A stretch of DNA of 64,000 nt from Parcubacteria group bacterium M6-OD1-1 (GTDB lineage Bacteria > Patescibacteriota > Minisyncoccia > GWC2-36-17 > M10-OD1-4). The notes under the pieces are model-generated. The model was not told where the DNA came from. It searched no databases and saw nothing but the letters and a program-made list of their open reading frames with translations. Position numbers and translations under genes: made by a program. The DNA is taken from NCBI GenBank assembly GCA_003056085.1, contig LSNK01000001.1, positions 152,729 to 216,728 of the forward strand. The letters are read 5' to 3'. Shown in pieces: positions 18,305 to 28,608 of the stretch; position 1 is the first letter of the stretch, and each line of letters starts with the position of its first letter.

Positions 18305-18449
18305 CTCTAAGCAAAACAAAAAATCTTTCAATTTCTTGAAAGATTTTTTGTTTTATTGTTTTTCTGTCTTAAACAAATGTTAAAGCATTTCCTTTGCTGT
18401 CTCCTCTGCCTGTTCTGCCTATTCTGTGGACATAGTCGTTGTATGACTG
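18305..18449. repeat. 145-bp direct repeat, copy B: native 3' end of the helicase gene plus terminator
   Basis: Identical to 12422-12566. Confidence 0.85.
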
Positions 18450-19622
18450 AGGTATTGTGTAGTTTATAACATGAGTGATGTCTTTAATATCAAGACCTCT
18501 TGCCGCTACGTCTGTTGCAACTAAAATATTTATTCTGCTTTGTCTGAAGTGCGTTAAAGACCTCTGTCTTTGATGCTGTCTTTTGTCTCCATGAATAGAA
18601 TCAACCTTAAATCCATTTCCTCTTAAGTTGACTGTCAGTTCTTCTACATCTTTTTTAGTTTCTGAAAAGACGAGAACTTTTTTAAACTCAGGGTCAGAAA
18701 GAATACCTTTTAATGTATCTATTTTTGAAGCGTTTTTAACTCTTACAATATCTTGGTCAACATTGTCTGCTGTTTTGCCGACTTGAACAGACACCGTAAC
18801 GGGATTACGCAAAAATTGGTCTGTTATTCTTTTAATTTGATCCGGCATTGTAGCAGAAAAGAAAAGCGTCTGTCTTTTTGAATCAGTTTTGCTTAAAATT
18901 TCTCTTATGTCATCTATAAATCCCATATCTAACATCCTGTCTATTTCATCCACCACTACATTATTAAAAGATCTCAAATTAAGAGCGCCTCTTTTTTCAA
19001 GGTCTTTTAATCTCCCTGGTGTGCCTATTATGAAATTTGGATTTCTTTTTAAATCTCTTAACTGTTTGTGTATCGGCATACCTCCTATACATGTTGTTGA
19101 GTAAAGATTCATACCGTAAGCAAAAAGCTTGAACTCGGTTTCTATTTGGGAACAAAGCTCGCGCGTTGGAGCGATAATCAAAACTTTTTCCGTGCGGCTG
19201 CCGGCTACTTTATTTATCTGAGGCAATAAAAATGCTCCTGTCTTGCCTGTTCCTGTGTTTGCAAGCCCAACAACATCTTTCCCTTCAAGTATATACGGGA
19301 TGGATTGGTCTTGTATGGGAGTTGGTTTAACAAATTTTCTTCTTTTTATATTTTCCTGTATCTTTTCAGAAAAATTAAAATCAGCAAACAAATTATTTAC
19401 TTTTATTTTCTCGCTTTTTACGCCGGAAGCCTTTTTGACAAACTTAGATATGTCTATGTTGTTTGACCTTCTTTTAAACCCTCTTCCTTTGTATCCTCCG
19501 CTTCTTTTACCGGAACGATGCTTTGAAAAGCTGCCGTACGATTTTGAGTTTGTTGATGACCTGTTTTTATTACCACCAAATCTATTACCAGACCTCTGTC
19601 TGGATTTATTATTATTATTCAT
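18369..19622 (-). CDS. DEAD-box ATP-dependent RNA helicase
   Basis: Q-motif region, GTGKT Walker A, DEID (DEAD variant), SAT and HRIGRTGR motifs. Arg/Gly-rich N-terminus. Confidence 0.85.
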   Translation of the reverse strand: MNNNNKSRQRSGNRFGGNKNRSSTNSKSYGSFSKHRSGKRSGGYKGRGFKRRSNNIDISKFVKKASGVKSEKIKVNNLFADFNFSEKIQENIKRRKFVKPTPIQDQSIPYILEGKDVVGLANTGTGKTGAFLLPQINKVAGSRTEKVLIIAPTRELCSQIETEFKLFAYGMNLYSTTCIGGMPIHKQLRDLKRNPNFIIGTPGRLKDLEKRGALNLRSFNNVVVDEIDRMLDMGFIDDIREILSKTDSKRQTLFFSATMPDQIKRITDQFLRNPVTVSVQVGKTADNVDQDIVRVKNASKIDTLKGILSDPEFKKVLVFSETKKDVEELTVNLRGNGFKVDSIHGDKRQHQRQRSLTHFRQSRINILVATDVAARGLDIKDITHVINYTIPQSYNDYVHRIGRTGRGDSKGNALTFV

Positions 19623-19955
19623 AATTTTCCTTTCCCTGTCTGTAAGTTGGTTTCAGACAGTAATTAACACTTCCTAATCCCTAAAATCTTTATTTAGAGA
19701 CTTCAATTGCTGTATAAAAAATGAAATGCTAATTACCGAATGTATCTTAAGATGAGAGGTTTTTAAGATACGCTTTAATAGATTCTCTCTTTATAGAACA
19801 ATTTTAATTAAAATTAGGACTTAAGCACTTAAGTCCTAAAAAATTATTAACTTTCAGTACCATAGCATAAACTTTAAAAAATAGCAAGGAGTTGCGCTGT
19901 GAGCTTAAAAACAATGGATTTTTTATTTTTATATTAAATATGATATACTTTTTGT

Positions 19956-20747
19956 ATGATTGAAGGTTTTATATTTGGAACATTACAGGGAATAGCAGAA
20001 TGGCTTCCGGTTAGTTCGGAGGGGGTTATTTTTTTGGTGCAGACAAACTTTTTTTCAAATTTAACTATTGAACAAACAATAAGATTTGCGCTCTTTTTGC
20101 ATTTGGGGACCGCTCTTGCCGCTTTGCTGTATTTTTGGAAAGATTTTTGGAATCTTTTGAAAACTTTTTTCAACTATAAAAATGAAACCGGTGAAAACAA
20201 GCTTGTTTTGAATTTTCTGATAATCTCCACTTTAATAAGCGGAACCTTAGGGATTTTACTGCTTAAAACCTTAATAAATATTGAGGGGGCTGTTGAACTT
20301 TCAGGGAAAACCTTAACTTTCTTGATAGGTATATTGCTTTTGTTTACCGCATACCTGCAGCTTAAGAAAAAATCTGAAACCTCCAGAAACTTAAACGACT
20401 TAAAACCATCTGACGGTATTTGGCTTGGCATAGCACAAGGTATCGCAGTGCTTCCCGGGCTCTCACGCTCAGGAATGACTGTTTCTGTACTGCTTTTGAG
20501 AAAATTTGACGATGTTTATGCCTTGAAACTGAGTTTTTTAATGAGTGTACCTATAGTGATTGCGGGAAATATAATTTTAAACATTAAAGATTTTTCTTTA
20601 TCATTGGAAAATCTAATCGGCTTTTTCTTTGCATTTTTATTTGGAATTTTAACCATCAAATTTTTGCTTGAGTTTGCAAGAAAAGTAAATTTTGGATACT
20701 TTATATTGATATTTGGAATTTTAATGATGATTTCTATCTTTTTCTAA
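19956..20747 (+). CDS. uppP: undecaprenyl-diphosphatase (UppP/BacA family)
   Basis: EWLPVSSEG and PGLSRSGMT motifs. Polytopic membrane protein. The His of the usual SS(T/S)GH motif is replaced (SSEGV). Confidence 0.75.
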   Translation: MIEGFIFGTLQGIAEWLPVSSEGVIFLVQTNFFSNLTIEQTIRFALFLHLGTALAALLYFWKDFWNLLKTFFNYKNETGENKLVLNFLIISTLISGTLGILLLKTLINIEGAVELSGKTLTFLIGILLLFTAYLQLKKKSETSRNLNDLKPSDGIWLGIAQGIAVLPGLSRSGMTVSVLLLRKFDDVYALKLSFLMSVPIVIAGNIILNIKDFSLSLENLIGFFFAFLFGILTIKFLLEFARKVNFGYFILIFGILMMISIFF

Positions 20748-20910
20748 ACATCAACTAAGAGAATATAAAATCATTCTCCTTAAACCTTTCGCGAAAATTA
20801 CTGCTCATTGCGCAACTGTACAATAAGCAGTAATTTGAAATCTGTTGACATCCTTGGATTTTTGTATAGTATAAAATAAGTTCTTTTTACAACAAACTGG
20901 AGGACTTGTA

Positions 20911-21501
20911 ATGATAATGTCAATTGAAGATAAACTCCTTGAGAAATACTTGAGTGAAAACTATATGTTTTCACATGAAATTCTCACTAAAGAAAAATTT
21001 CTTCTTCGTTTATGGGATATTTTCTCGTTGATAATTCAATACAACAGAAAAAACACATTGGTTTTAAAAGCTGTTGGAAAATGTCCTTATATTATTCCAA
21101 AATCATATACTATTATTTCCATTCTTTACGGAGCATTTTCCAGCGAACCTCATTTAAAAATGGTCGTCAAAGAATTTGTCTGCATGCTCAATGAAGATAT
21201 TGATAAAAAAGAGCTTAGTGTACTCACATACGCCTCTCATAAAAGATATTCATTTTTCCCCGAACTTTACGGTATATGGAAAAAAATTGATGAAATATAC
21301 ACCTCGGGCTCTTTTGATACAACTAAAATTCCTGTAACTCCTTATCGCGCATTTTCTTTTTTCACTTTAAATCACGCGGAAATGATTGTCAATTATACAA
21401 GTATTGACGATATATATACAAAATTGAGACATCTTCAAGACAACAGAAATGAGTTGGAAATTTTAATATCTGAGAAAAAAGACAAGTTAGAAATACACTG
21501 A
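20911..21501 (+). CDS. hypothetical protein
   Basis: ORF only. Followed by a terminator at 21519-21547. Confidence 0.35.
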   Translation: MIMSIEDKLLEKYLSENYMFSHEILTKEKFLLRLWDIFSLIIQYNRKNTLVLKAVGKCPYIIPKSYTIISILYGAFSSEPHLKMVVKEFVCMLNEDIDKKELSVLTYASHKRYSFFPELYGIWKKIDEIYTSGSFDTTKIPVTPYRAFSFFTLNHAEMIVNYTSIDDIYTKLRHLQDNRNELEILISEKKDKLEIH

Positions 21502-21518
21502 GCTTTCAGGCTCTTAAG

Positions 21519-21547
21519 TCGCCGGCAAAAAACCGGCGATTTTTTAT
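21519..21547 (+). terminator. rho-independent terminator
   Basis: tcgccgg-caaaaaa-ccggcga followed by TTTTTT. Confidence 0.6.
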
Positions 21548-21613
21548 TTTCTGAGATTAATCAAAAAGGATGTTTTTCTTGATTCTTTATTTTTTATTCG
21601 TTATTCTTACCTT

Positions 21614-22636
21614 ATGATAATTTTAGCCATTGAAACTTCATGTGATGACACTTCTGTTTCTGTTGTAAAAGTCACCGGCAAAAAAACACCGAAGTTTCAA
21701 ATTTTATCCAACGAAATATCTTCTCAAATAGAAGTCCACTCACCTTACGGAGGAGTGGTGCCGTCTTTGGCGTCTCGCGAACATTTAAAAAACTTGCCTT
21801 TAGTTTTTAAAAAGGCAATAAAAAAAGCAAATATAAAACTAAAAGATATAGACTATATAACTACGGCAACAGGACCTGGGCTTATCATCGCGCTTCTTTT
21901 AGGGGTAAATTTTGCGCGGGCGCTTGCTTACTCTTTGAATAAAAAAATAATTCCAGTGCAGCATATCTCGGGACACATTTATTCAAACTGGCTTTCAAAC
22001 AAAAAAATAGAATTTCCGGTTTTAAATTTAGTGGTTTCGGGAGGACATACTCAGCTTATTTTGATGCGCAAGCACGCAAAATATAAAATCTTGGGATCCA
22101 CGCGAGATGATGCTGCCGGAGAAGCTTTTGACAAAGTTGCAAAACTTTTAAAACTTAGTTACCCGGGTGGCCCTATAATTTCAAAACTTGCAGAAAAGGG
22201 AGACTTTAAAAAATATGATTTCCCCCGTCCTATGATTAATTCAGATAATTTTGACTTTTCATTTTCAGGACTTAAAACATCTGTATTTTATTTTGTAAAG
22301 AAACACCCAAAAGCACTAAAAAAAGGAAAAGTGCAAAACGATGTTTGCGCTTCATTTCAACAAGCGGTTTTGGATGTTTTAATTTCAAAAACAATGAAAG
22401 CGGCAAAAAAATATAAAGTAAAACACATTTTGCTTGCGGGAGGCGTCTCGGCAAATAACGAACTTAGAAAACAATTGGAAAAAACTGCAAAAGAAGAAGG
22501 ATTCAAATTTTTAGTTCCTGAAAAAATATTTTCAACAGACAACGCAGCTATGATAGCTTCCGCCGCTTATTTTAACCAAAAAAAGGCAACTTCATGGAAA
22601 AAGGTGGATGCAAGCGCCAATTTAAAACTGATATAA
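21614..22636 (+). CDS. tsaD: tRNA N6-adenosine threonylcarbamoyltransferase
   Basis: N-terminal IETSCDDTSVSV, the HSPYGG and SGGVS blocks, and length 340 aa match the Kae1/TsaD family. Confidence 0.85.
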   Translation: MIILAIETSCDDTSVSVVKVTGKKTPKFQILSNEISSQIEVHSPYGGVVPSLASREHLKNLPLVFKKAIKKANIKLKDIDYITTATGPGLIIALLLGVNFARALAYSLNKKIIPVQHISGHIYSNWLSNKKIEFPVLNLVVSGGHTQLILMRKHAKYKILGSTRDDAAGEAFDKVAKLLKLSYPGGPIISKLAEKGDFKKYDFPRPMINSDNFDFSFSGLKTSVFYFVKKHPKALKKGKVQNDVCASFQQAVLDVLISKTMKAAKKYKVKHILLAGGVSANNELRKQLEKTAKEEGFKFLVPEKIFSTDNAAMIASAAYFNQKKATSWKKVDASANLKLI

Positions 22637-22710
22637 TTTGACATAAAAACTTCTTATGATAGGCTAAATTTAATATTATATTTGTTCCTTCAAAAAAAAA
22701 GGGGTATGCC

Positions 22711-23361
22711 ATGCCTGAAAATACATACAAAAAACTTATCAAAAAAAGTAAGGAAGATTACAAAGCTGCGCTTAATATAAAGTGTGAAGATAAAAAATAT
22801 AAAAAAGTATTGTGCTTAATGTCACATATATCTGAAATATATTTTTCATCTGCACAAAATATATCCAAAAAATCAACTGGGATTAAACCTTATTTTATTT
22901 CCACTTGGTATTTTTTAAATGCTTTTTTTTGGTCTTTTTTACTCAATATTAAATATAGAATTGACTCTTTAAATAGCTCCCAACTGATAAATCATGCTGT
23001 TATTTTAAGTAAATTTGGAATGCATAAAACAGCAAGAAAATACGCAATATTGGCTATTTCATATTCTGATATCTCAGAAAACAACAAAGCCATCGCATGC
23101 TCAAAACTTTTGAAAAATCCAACCTTAAGTGAAAAGGAGAAATTATTTTATTATATGCTGACCCAACGCTTGGTCAATGAAGGCAAGGTTACACTTGCTG
23201 CAAAAATAAAAATATTTCAAACGTTGGCCGTTTTCTCCAAAAAGAGAGGTTGTCACAAAGACTCTGAAAACCATATCAACCAAGCTATAAATATAGCAAG
23301 AAAATATGGCTATAAAGAAAAAATCAGAACTATAAGAGCAACTTTGGAAAATATTTCGTGA
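22711..23361 (+). CDS. hypothetical protein
   Basis: ORF only. Confidence 0.35.
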   Translation: MPENTYKKLIKKSKEDYKAALNIKCEDKKYKKVLCLMSHISEIYFSSAQNISKKSTGIKPYFISTWYFLNAFFWSFLLNIKYRIDSLNSSQLINHAVILSKFGMHKTARKYAILAISYSDISENNKAIACSKLLKNPTLSEKEKLFYYMLTQRLVNEGKVTLAAKIKIFQTLAVFSKKRGCHKDSENHINQAINIARKYGYKEKIRTIRATLENIS

Positions 23362-23368
23362 AAATTAA

Positions 23369-23396
23369 AGCGGTCGTGAAACGACCGCTTTTTTAT
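23369..23396 (+). terminator. rho-independent terminator
   Basis: agcggtcgt-gaaa-cgaccgct followed by TTTTTT. It lies inside the annotated 5' end of ORF 23358-24332, which implies a later start. Confidence 0.55.
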
Positions 23397-23432
23397 TTGA
23401 TTGTTTTGAGCTTTTATTTTATACTTCAACTT

Positions 23433-24332
23433 ATGAATGAAGAAAAAAACAAACAAAAAATAATCTTAGTCACAGGCGGAGCCGGGTTCATTGGCTCGCA
23501 TTTGATAGAAGAGTTAGTCAAAGATAAAAATAATAAAGTTATATCTTTAGATAATTATTTCACCGGAAGCACTAACAACCACATTGAAGGCGCTGAATAC
23601 ATTGAAGGTCATACAAAAGATATAAAAAAATACATAAAAGAAACTCCGGACATTATTTATCATCTTGGTGAATATTCTCGTGTTGCAAAAAGCATAGAAG
23701 AACCTGATATTGTTTGGGACCTCAATATAAATGGAACTTTCGGTGTTTTGGAATTTTGGCGAGAAACAAAATGCAAACTTGTTTATTCTGGGTCTTCAAC
23801 AAAATTTTCGGATTCACGCAAAGAAGGAACAGAGGGACGAAATCTTTCTCCTTACACATGGATGAAGTCGGCAAATACAGAATTAGTTAAAAATTATGGA
23901 AATTGGTTTGAGTTGCCCTATGCCATAACCTATTTTTATAATGTTTACGGACCAAGAGAATTGTCCGGAGAATATGGAACATATATAGAAATCCTGAAAC
24001 AAAAATATCTAAATGACGAACCTTTTGAAGTAAGATTACCTGGGACTCAAGAGCGTAATTATACACATATAAAAGACACCATTTCCGGACTTCTACTTGT
24101 GGGGGAACAAGGAAAGGGAGATGAGTACGGCATTGGAGCAGAAGAAAATTATACAACTCTTGATGTCGCCGAGCTTTTTGACCATAAAATAAAAATGCTT
24201 CCTGAAAGAAAAACGAGTAGACCTTCAACAAAAAATATAGACATCAAAAAAGTTAAGAATTTGGGCTGGAAACAAAAATACGCATTGAAGGAATATATAA
24301 AAGACATTATTAAATCCAAAAAAAATGCCTAA
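23433..24332 (+). CDS. NAD-dependent epimerase/dehydratase (extended SDR) family protein
   Basis: VTGGAGFIGSHL glycine-rich NAD motif and a YxxxK-like catalytic region. The start is moved to the Met after the terminator. Confidence 0.65.
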   Translation: MNEEKNKQKIILVTGGAGFIGSHLIEELVKDKNNKVISLDNYFTGSTNNHIEGAEYIEGHTKDIKKYIKETPDIIYHLGEYSRVAKSIEEPDIVWDLNINGTFGVLEFWRETKCKLVYSGSSTKFSDSRKEGTEGRNLSPYTWMKSANTELVKNYGNWFELPYAITYFYNVYGPRELSGEYGTYIEILKQKYLNDEPFEVRLPGTQERNYTHIKDTISGLLLVGEQGKGDEYGIGAEENYTTLDVAELFDHKIKMLPERKTSRPSTKNIDIKKVKNLGWKQKYALKEYIKDIIKSKKNA

Positions 24333-25539
24333 AAAAATACTCATCTTTTCTCTTTCCTACTATCCAAATTATGTAGGAGGAGCAGAGGTTGCGATAAAAG
24401 AAATAACCGATAGAATTTCACAAAAAGATATGGAATTTCATTTAGTATGTTTGCGATTTGACAGCAACCTGCCAAAAGTTGAAAAAATAGGAAATGTACT
24501 TGTGCATCGCATTGGTTTTTCAAAAAAAAATCCGGACTTGCCTCAGCTCAAAGAATACCCCTTGCACTTTAATAAGCCTCTTTATCAATTTCTTGCGGCC
24601 TTAAAAGCCATGCAACTTCACAAAAAATATAAATATGACGGTATTTGGGCTATGATGGCGCACTCAACCGGGGTTCCGGCAGCTATTTTTAAATTATTCA
24701 ATCCAAAGGTACATTACGCTTTGACTCTTCAAGAAGGGGATCCGACAGAATATATAGAAAAAACAATGAAACCTCTCTGGCCTTTGTTCACCCGCGCATT
24801 CACCAAAGCAGATGTTATCCAGCCAATATCAAACTTTTTAGGAGAATGGGCAAAAAAAAGAAATTATAAAGGACCTATAGAAATTATCCCAAATGGTTTT
24901 TCTCCTGCGTCTTTTTCTCAAAAATATTCTGAAGAAGAACTCAAAAAACTTAAAAAGAAACTCGGAAAAAAAGAAAATGATATCTACATTGTCACTGTTT
25001 CACGGTTAGTGCATAAAAATGCCGTAGATGATGTTATACGAGCGCTCCCCCTTTTGTCTGAAAATATAAAATTTATAGTAGTTGGAGGCGGTCCGGATGA
25101 AGAAACACTCCGCAGTCTTGCGAAAGAACTGAAAGTTTCAGAGCGTGTAAAATTTATCGGACAAGTTGATAGAACAGAAACGGCAAAATATAGAAGAATT
25201 TCTGATATATTCTGTCGTCCCAGTCGTTCTGAAGGAATGGGAAATTCATTTGTTTCTACCATGGTCACACGTTTGCCAATTATTACAACCCAAGAAGGAG
25301 GTATTGCTGATTTTCTTTTTGATGCCAAAAGAAACCCTGATAAGCCAACCACGGGCTGGGCGGTAGACAAAGACAGTCCGAAGCAAATAGCCGAAGCTGT
25401 AAACGACATAATTGCAAATCCAAAACAAGTTAAAAAAGTAACTGAAAATGCATTTGAGCTTGCTTATGAAAATTACAACTGGGATTTCATTGCAAAAGAT
25501 ATACAAGAAAAAGTCCTAACTCCAAAAAAGAAAGTATAG
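24325..25539 (+). CDS. GT4-family glycosyltransferase
   Basis: C-terminal E-x7-E region (SRSEGMGNSFVSTMVTRLPIITTQEGG) and the GT-B two-domain layout. Confidence 0.7.
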   Translation: MPKKILIFSLSYYPNYVGGAEVAIKEITDRISQKDMEFHLVCLRFDSNLPKVEKIGNVLVHRIGFSKKNPDLPQLKEYPLHFNKPLYQFLAALKAMQLHKKYKYDGIWAMMAHSTGVPAAIFKLFNPKVHYALTLQEGDPTEYIEKTMKPLWPLFTRAFTKADVIQPISNFLGEWAKKRNYKGPIEIIPNGFSPASFSQKYSEEELKKLKKKLGKKENDIYIVTVSRLVHKNAVDDVIRALPLLSENIKFIVVGGGPDEETLRSLAKELKVSERVKFIGQVDRTETAKYRRISDIFCRPSRSEGMGNSFVSTMVTRLPIITTQEGGIADFLFDAKRNPDKPTTGWAVDKDSPKQIAEAVNDIIANPKQVKKVTENAFELAYENYNWDFIAKDIQEKVLTPKKKV

Positions 25540-25628
25540 ACAAAAATAGAATTTTATGCTAAAAAATAATCAAGTAAAATTGATTATTTTTTAGCATATT
25601 AAAAACTACATAAATTAGGAGAAACGAA

Positions 25629-25907
25629 ATGAACTTTATGTTTATTTATTGGAATCATAAAAACCGAATAAACCCAATGCAACTGGCCGACCTTTTAACA
25701 AAAGCCTTGCGGGAAATCAACGCTTCAGACACTAAAGAAGTACCAACCGTCACAGCAGTACCATATTATTTAGCGATTGCTATAAGTAGCGAAATTATTG
25801 ACACTACCACAGCAAATAAACTGTGGAACGATTATGCTATAAATGACTGCAACAACAGTTTATTAGAAGATGATATTGTTTTGTCAAAGAAATACGAGGA
25901 GAAATAA
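25629..25907 (+). CDS. hypothetical protein
   Basis: ORF only. Confidence 0.3.
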   Translation: MNFMFIYWNHKNRINPMQLADLLTKALREINASDTKEVPTVTAVPYYLAIAISSEIIDTTTANKLWNDYAINDCNNSLLEDDIVLSKKYEEK

Positions 25908-26649
25908 AATGAATAACGAAGATTACGGATTACTTTTGCGTGTTTATGCAAAAACGCCCGAGGATGTAAATAAGATCGTAGAGCGAGCTATTACAAATGT
26001 AATTTTAGCGGTTAATCTTGATATTTTTTCTAACATTATTGTTTTGGTTCCAAAAGATTATGATTGTGGAATGACGGCAAAAACTTTGTCAAACAAACTG
26101 CAAGAACAAAACATCAAAGGCATTGTTTTTGAAATACCTGGGCACCACAGCTCTGAAGCGCTAAACGAAACTCTAAGTGAGTTTCATTGGACTATTGATA
26201 ATGTTGTTATTATTTCCGGTAAAGCTATGCCTTATTTGACCGCTGCAAATATGAACGCAGCTGACGAGGCATTTTCCGCCGGCGCAATGGTTGTCGGAGT
26301 TGTTGTAAACGAACTTGAGAATATAATTCTTTCCGGTCGTGTGCAAAATACCTTTGCTGTTTGGAAATTAGAAGAACTTTTGTCACTGGGAGGATTTCAA
26401 ACCAACCTTGACGTTGAAGAAATCGACCCTTTGGTAAAATTAATTCAAATAAACGGCAAATGTATCGCTATTTTGGATCCGGAAGAAAAACCGAAATTAA
26501 ACATCCGTAAAAGCAAAGACGGTATCGCTCGTCACAATGAAGTTATGACTACAAAACTTAAAAATCAACAAATAGAAGTTGATAGGCTCAGTGTTGATTT
26601 TGACTTCATTAAAAATGGCATAATGGAAGGTTATCCTAAAAAAATATAA
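25870..26649 (+). CDS. hypothetical protein (likely start at 25909, MNNEDYG)
   Basis: ORF only. Terminator at 26676-26703. Confidence 0.4.
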   Translation: MILFCQRNTRRNKMNNEDYGLLLRVYAKTPEDVNKIVERAITNVILAVNLDIFSNIIVLVPKDYDCGMTAKTLSNKLQEQNIKGIVFEIPGHHSSEALNETLSEFHWTIDNVVIISGKAMPYLTAANMNAADEAFSAGAMVVGVVVNELENIILSGRVQNTFAVWKLEELLSLGGFQTNLDVEEIDPLVKLIQINGKCIAILDPEEKPKLNIRKSKDGIARHNEVMTTKLKNQQIEVDRLSVDFDFIKNGIMEGYPKKI

Positions 26650-26730
26650 ATCTTTCTAAGAAAATAAATCTTACAGGCTCCCCTAATAGGGAGCCTTTTT
26701 TATTTTTTGTAAAATGCTATAATTAGTTTC

Positions 26731-27504
26731 ATGAAAGAATATAACTTTATAAAAAAAACCATAAAAGAAGCGGGCAAGCTTCTCTTACAGAAACGCGAAG
26801 AAGGCTTTTTTATAATGCAAAAAAATGATGACCCGCGCAACATCATAACTAATGTTGACAAAGAGATAAATAAATTTATTATAAATGCAATAAAAAAAGA
26901 ATTTCCCTCCCATGGTATTTATTCGGAAGAAGGGGAAGGAATAAAAAATACAAATGACTACTTGTGGACCATAGACCCGATAGACGGCACAGCAAATTTT
27001 TCTCGAAATATACCCCATTTTGCCGTATGTATCGGTGTTTTAAAAAAGGAAGTGCCTGTCGCCGGAGGAGTTTATAACCCGATAACAGATGAATTATTCA
27101 GTTTTAAAAAAGGAGAAGGGGTATTTTTAAACAATAAAACCATCTGTGTTTCAAAAATAACGGAACTTTCTAAAGCTCACATTTTATTTCACGCCGGAAG
27201 AAAAGAAAATTTAAGAGAGTGGGGCGGAGAATCATATAAAACTCTCTTGGGAAATGCAAAAAAAACCAGTAATCTTGCATCTTCTTCACTTGATGCCTGT
27301 TTTGTGGCGGCTGGAAGAGTAGAAGCAAATGTTTATGGAACACTTTCAACTTTAGACATTTCTTCTGCTATTGGAATACTTAAAGAAGCGGGAGGTATTA
27401 TTGCAAACGAAGATAAAGAAGATATTTCTTTATCTTCGAAGCCACAAAAAGTTTTTATGACAAATAATAAAAAGATTTTAAATTCTCTGATAGAGTTAAT
27501 TTAA
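26731..27504 (+). CDS. inositol-monophosphatase family phosphatase
   Basis: WTIDPIDGTANF metal-binding motif. Confidence 0.75.
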   Translation: MKEYNFIKKTIKEAGKLLLQKREEGFFIMQKNDDPRNIITNVDKEINKFIINAIKKEFPSHGIYSEEGEGIKNTNDYLWTIDPIDGTANFSRNIPHFAVCIGVLKKEVPVAGGVYNPITDELFSFKKGEGVFLNNKTICVSKITELSKAHILFHAGRKENLREWGGESYKTLLGNAKKTSNLASSSLDACFVAAGRVEANVYGTLSTLDISSAIGILKEAGGIIANEDKEDISLSSKPQKVFMTNNKKILNSLIELI

Positions 27505-27507
27505 AAT

Positions 27508-28608
27508 CTATAACTGCCTAAGTTCTTTTTGTCTATTTTTTTCTACATCAGAACGAAGAGAATCCCGTGATTTTTTATACTCCAAAACCAATTTTTCAGA
27601 GATTAGCTCATTATTTAAAATAGATTCTAAAACTGCTGACCAAAAGTCTATTCGTCTCTCACTCAAAATTTTTAAATCTCCGGAAGTTTTTTGAAGAGAC
27701 TTAACATAAAACTCCAAAAGAAAACCAATTTTAAAAACCCTCATAAGACGTAAAGAAAGATACTCTTCTTTGTCCCTGTTTTCTTGTATATACTTTACAA
27801 AATATTGCTCCAACTCTTTATTGTAGATAATCATATAGTTTAAAAATCTTGCCCAGCTTTCATATTTATTTCCAAAAAACAAAGAAGCAAAATCCAAAAG
27901 ATAAATATCTTCTTTAACTACACGAAAATTATGAGGCACAAAATCTGTATGAGTAAGAAATCCCGAATAACGATTCATGGTTTCCTTATTTGAAACCAAA
28001 AATTTTTCGGCTCTTTTAAAAATTTTTATAAGATTTTTATTTTCCGGATAATAATTTTTACAAGTTTCTGAAAATCTTAAAAATTCTTCAATATAGTAAT
28101 TGTCACCTGCAACTCCAAATTTCTTTTTTATAAATTTAGTATGAGAATAAGTTGTTGCATGAACTCCTTCTTGTATCTTAAATGAACGTAAAGATGCAAA
28201 AAATTGATCTTTTAAACTCAATGAAAGAAAGGATACTTCCTCTTCAATGTAAAGATTAATAGATATAAAATATCCTTTTATTTTCTTAAACAAAATCTCC
28301 TCCGGCAAAAAAAATGTATGATAAGAGAAATTTAAATTATTTAAAACTTCTCTTCTTTTATGCTCCTCTTTAATCTCCTTAATTCCGCTTTTTTTACTGC
28401 TGACTTTTATTACAACCTTTCTGTTGTCGCTCAAACGCCTGCCGATAAGAACAAGCTTTTCACCGCTCATTAAGTATCTCTCGCCCCCTATATGAATTTG
28501 ATTCTCATCTACACTAAACCCTAAATTTTTAAGCATAGGCAAAACTCCTGCTATTTCGCTTTTGCAGTATTTGTTCCATTTTTGTTTTTCGTCGCTATTT
28601 TGTTGCAT
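27508..28608 (-). CDS. APH/choline-kinase-like phosphotransferase
   Basis: HTDFVPHNF (HxDxxxxN catalytic loop) and a downstream DFA motif. Confidence 0.45.
   Translation of the reverse strand: MQQNSDEKQKWNKYCKSEIAGVLPMLKNLGFSVDENQIHIGGERYLMSGEKLVLIGRRLSDNRKVVIKVSSKKSGIKEIKEEHKRREVLNNLNFSYHTFFLPEEILFKKIKGYFISINLYIEEEVSFLSLSLKDQFFASLRSFKIQEGVHATTYSHTKFIKKKFGVAGDNYYIEEFLRFSETCKNYYPENKNLIKIFKRAEKFLVSNKETMNRYSGFLTHTDFVPHNFRVVKEDIYLLDFASLFFGNKYESWARFLNYMIIYNKELEQYFVKYIQENRDKEEYLSLRLMRVFKIGFLLEFYVKSLQKTSGDLKILSERRIDFWSAVLESILNNELISEKLVLEYKKSRDSLRSDVEKNRQKELRQL

Noticed and set aside
23358-23432. N-terminal 25 codons of the epimerase ORF
   Set aside because: This stretch contains the rho-independent terminator of the upstream gene. 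Translation most likely starts at the ATG at 23433.
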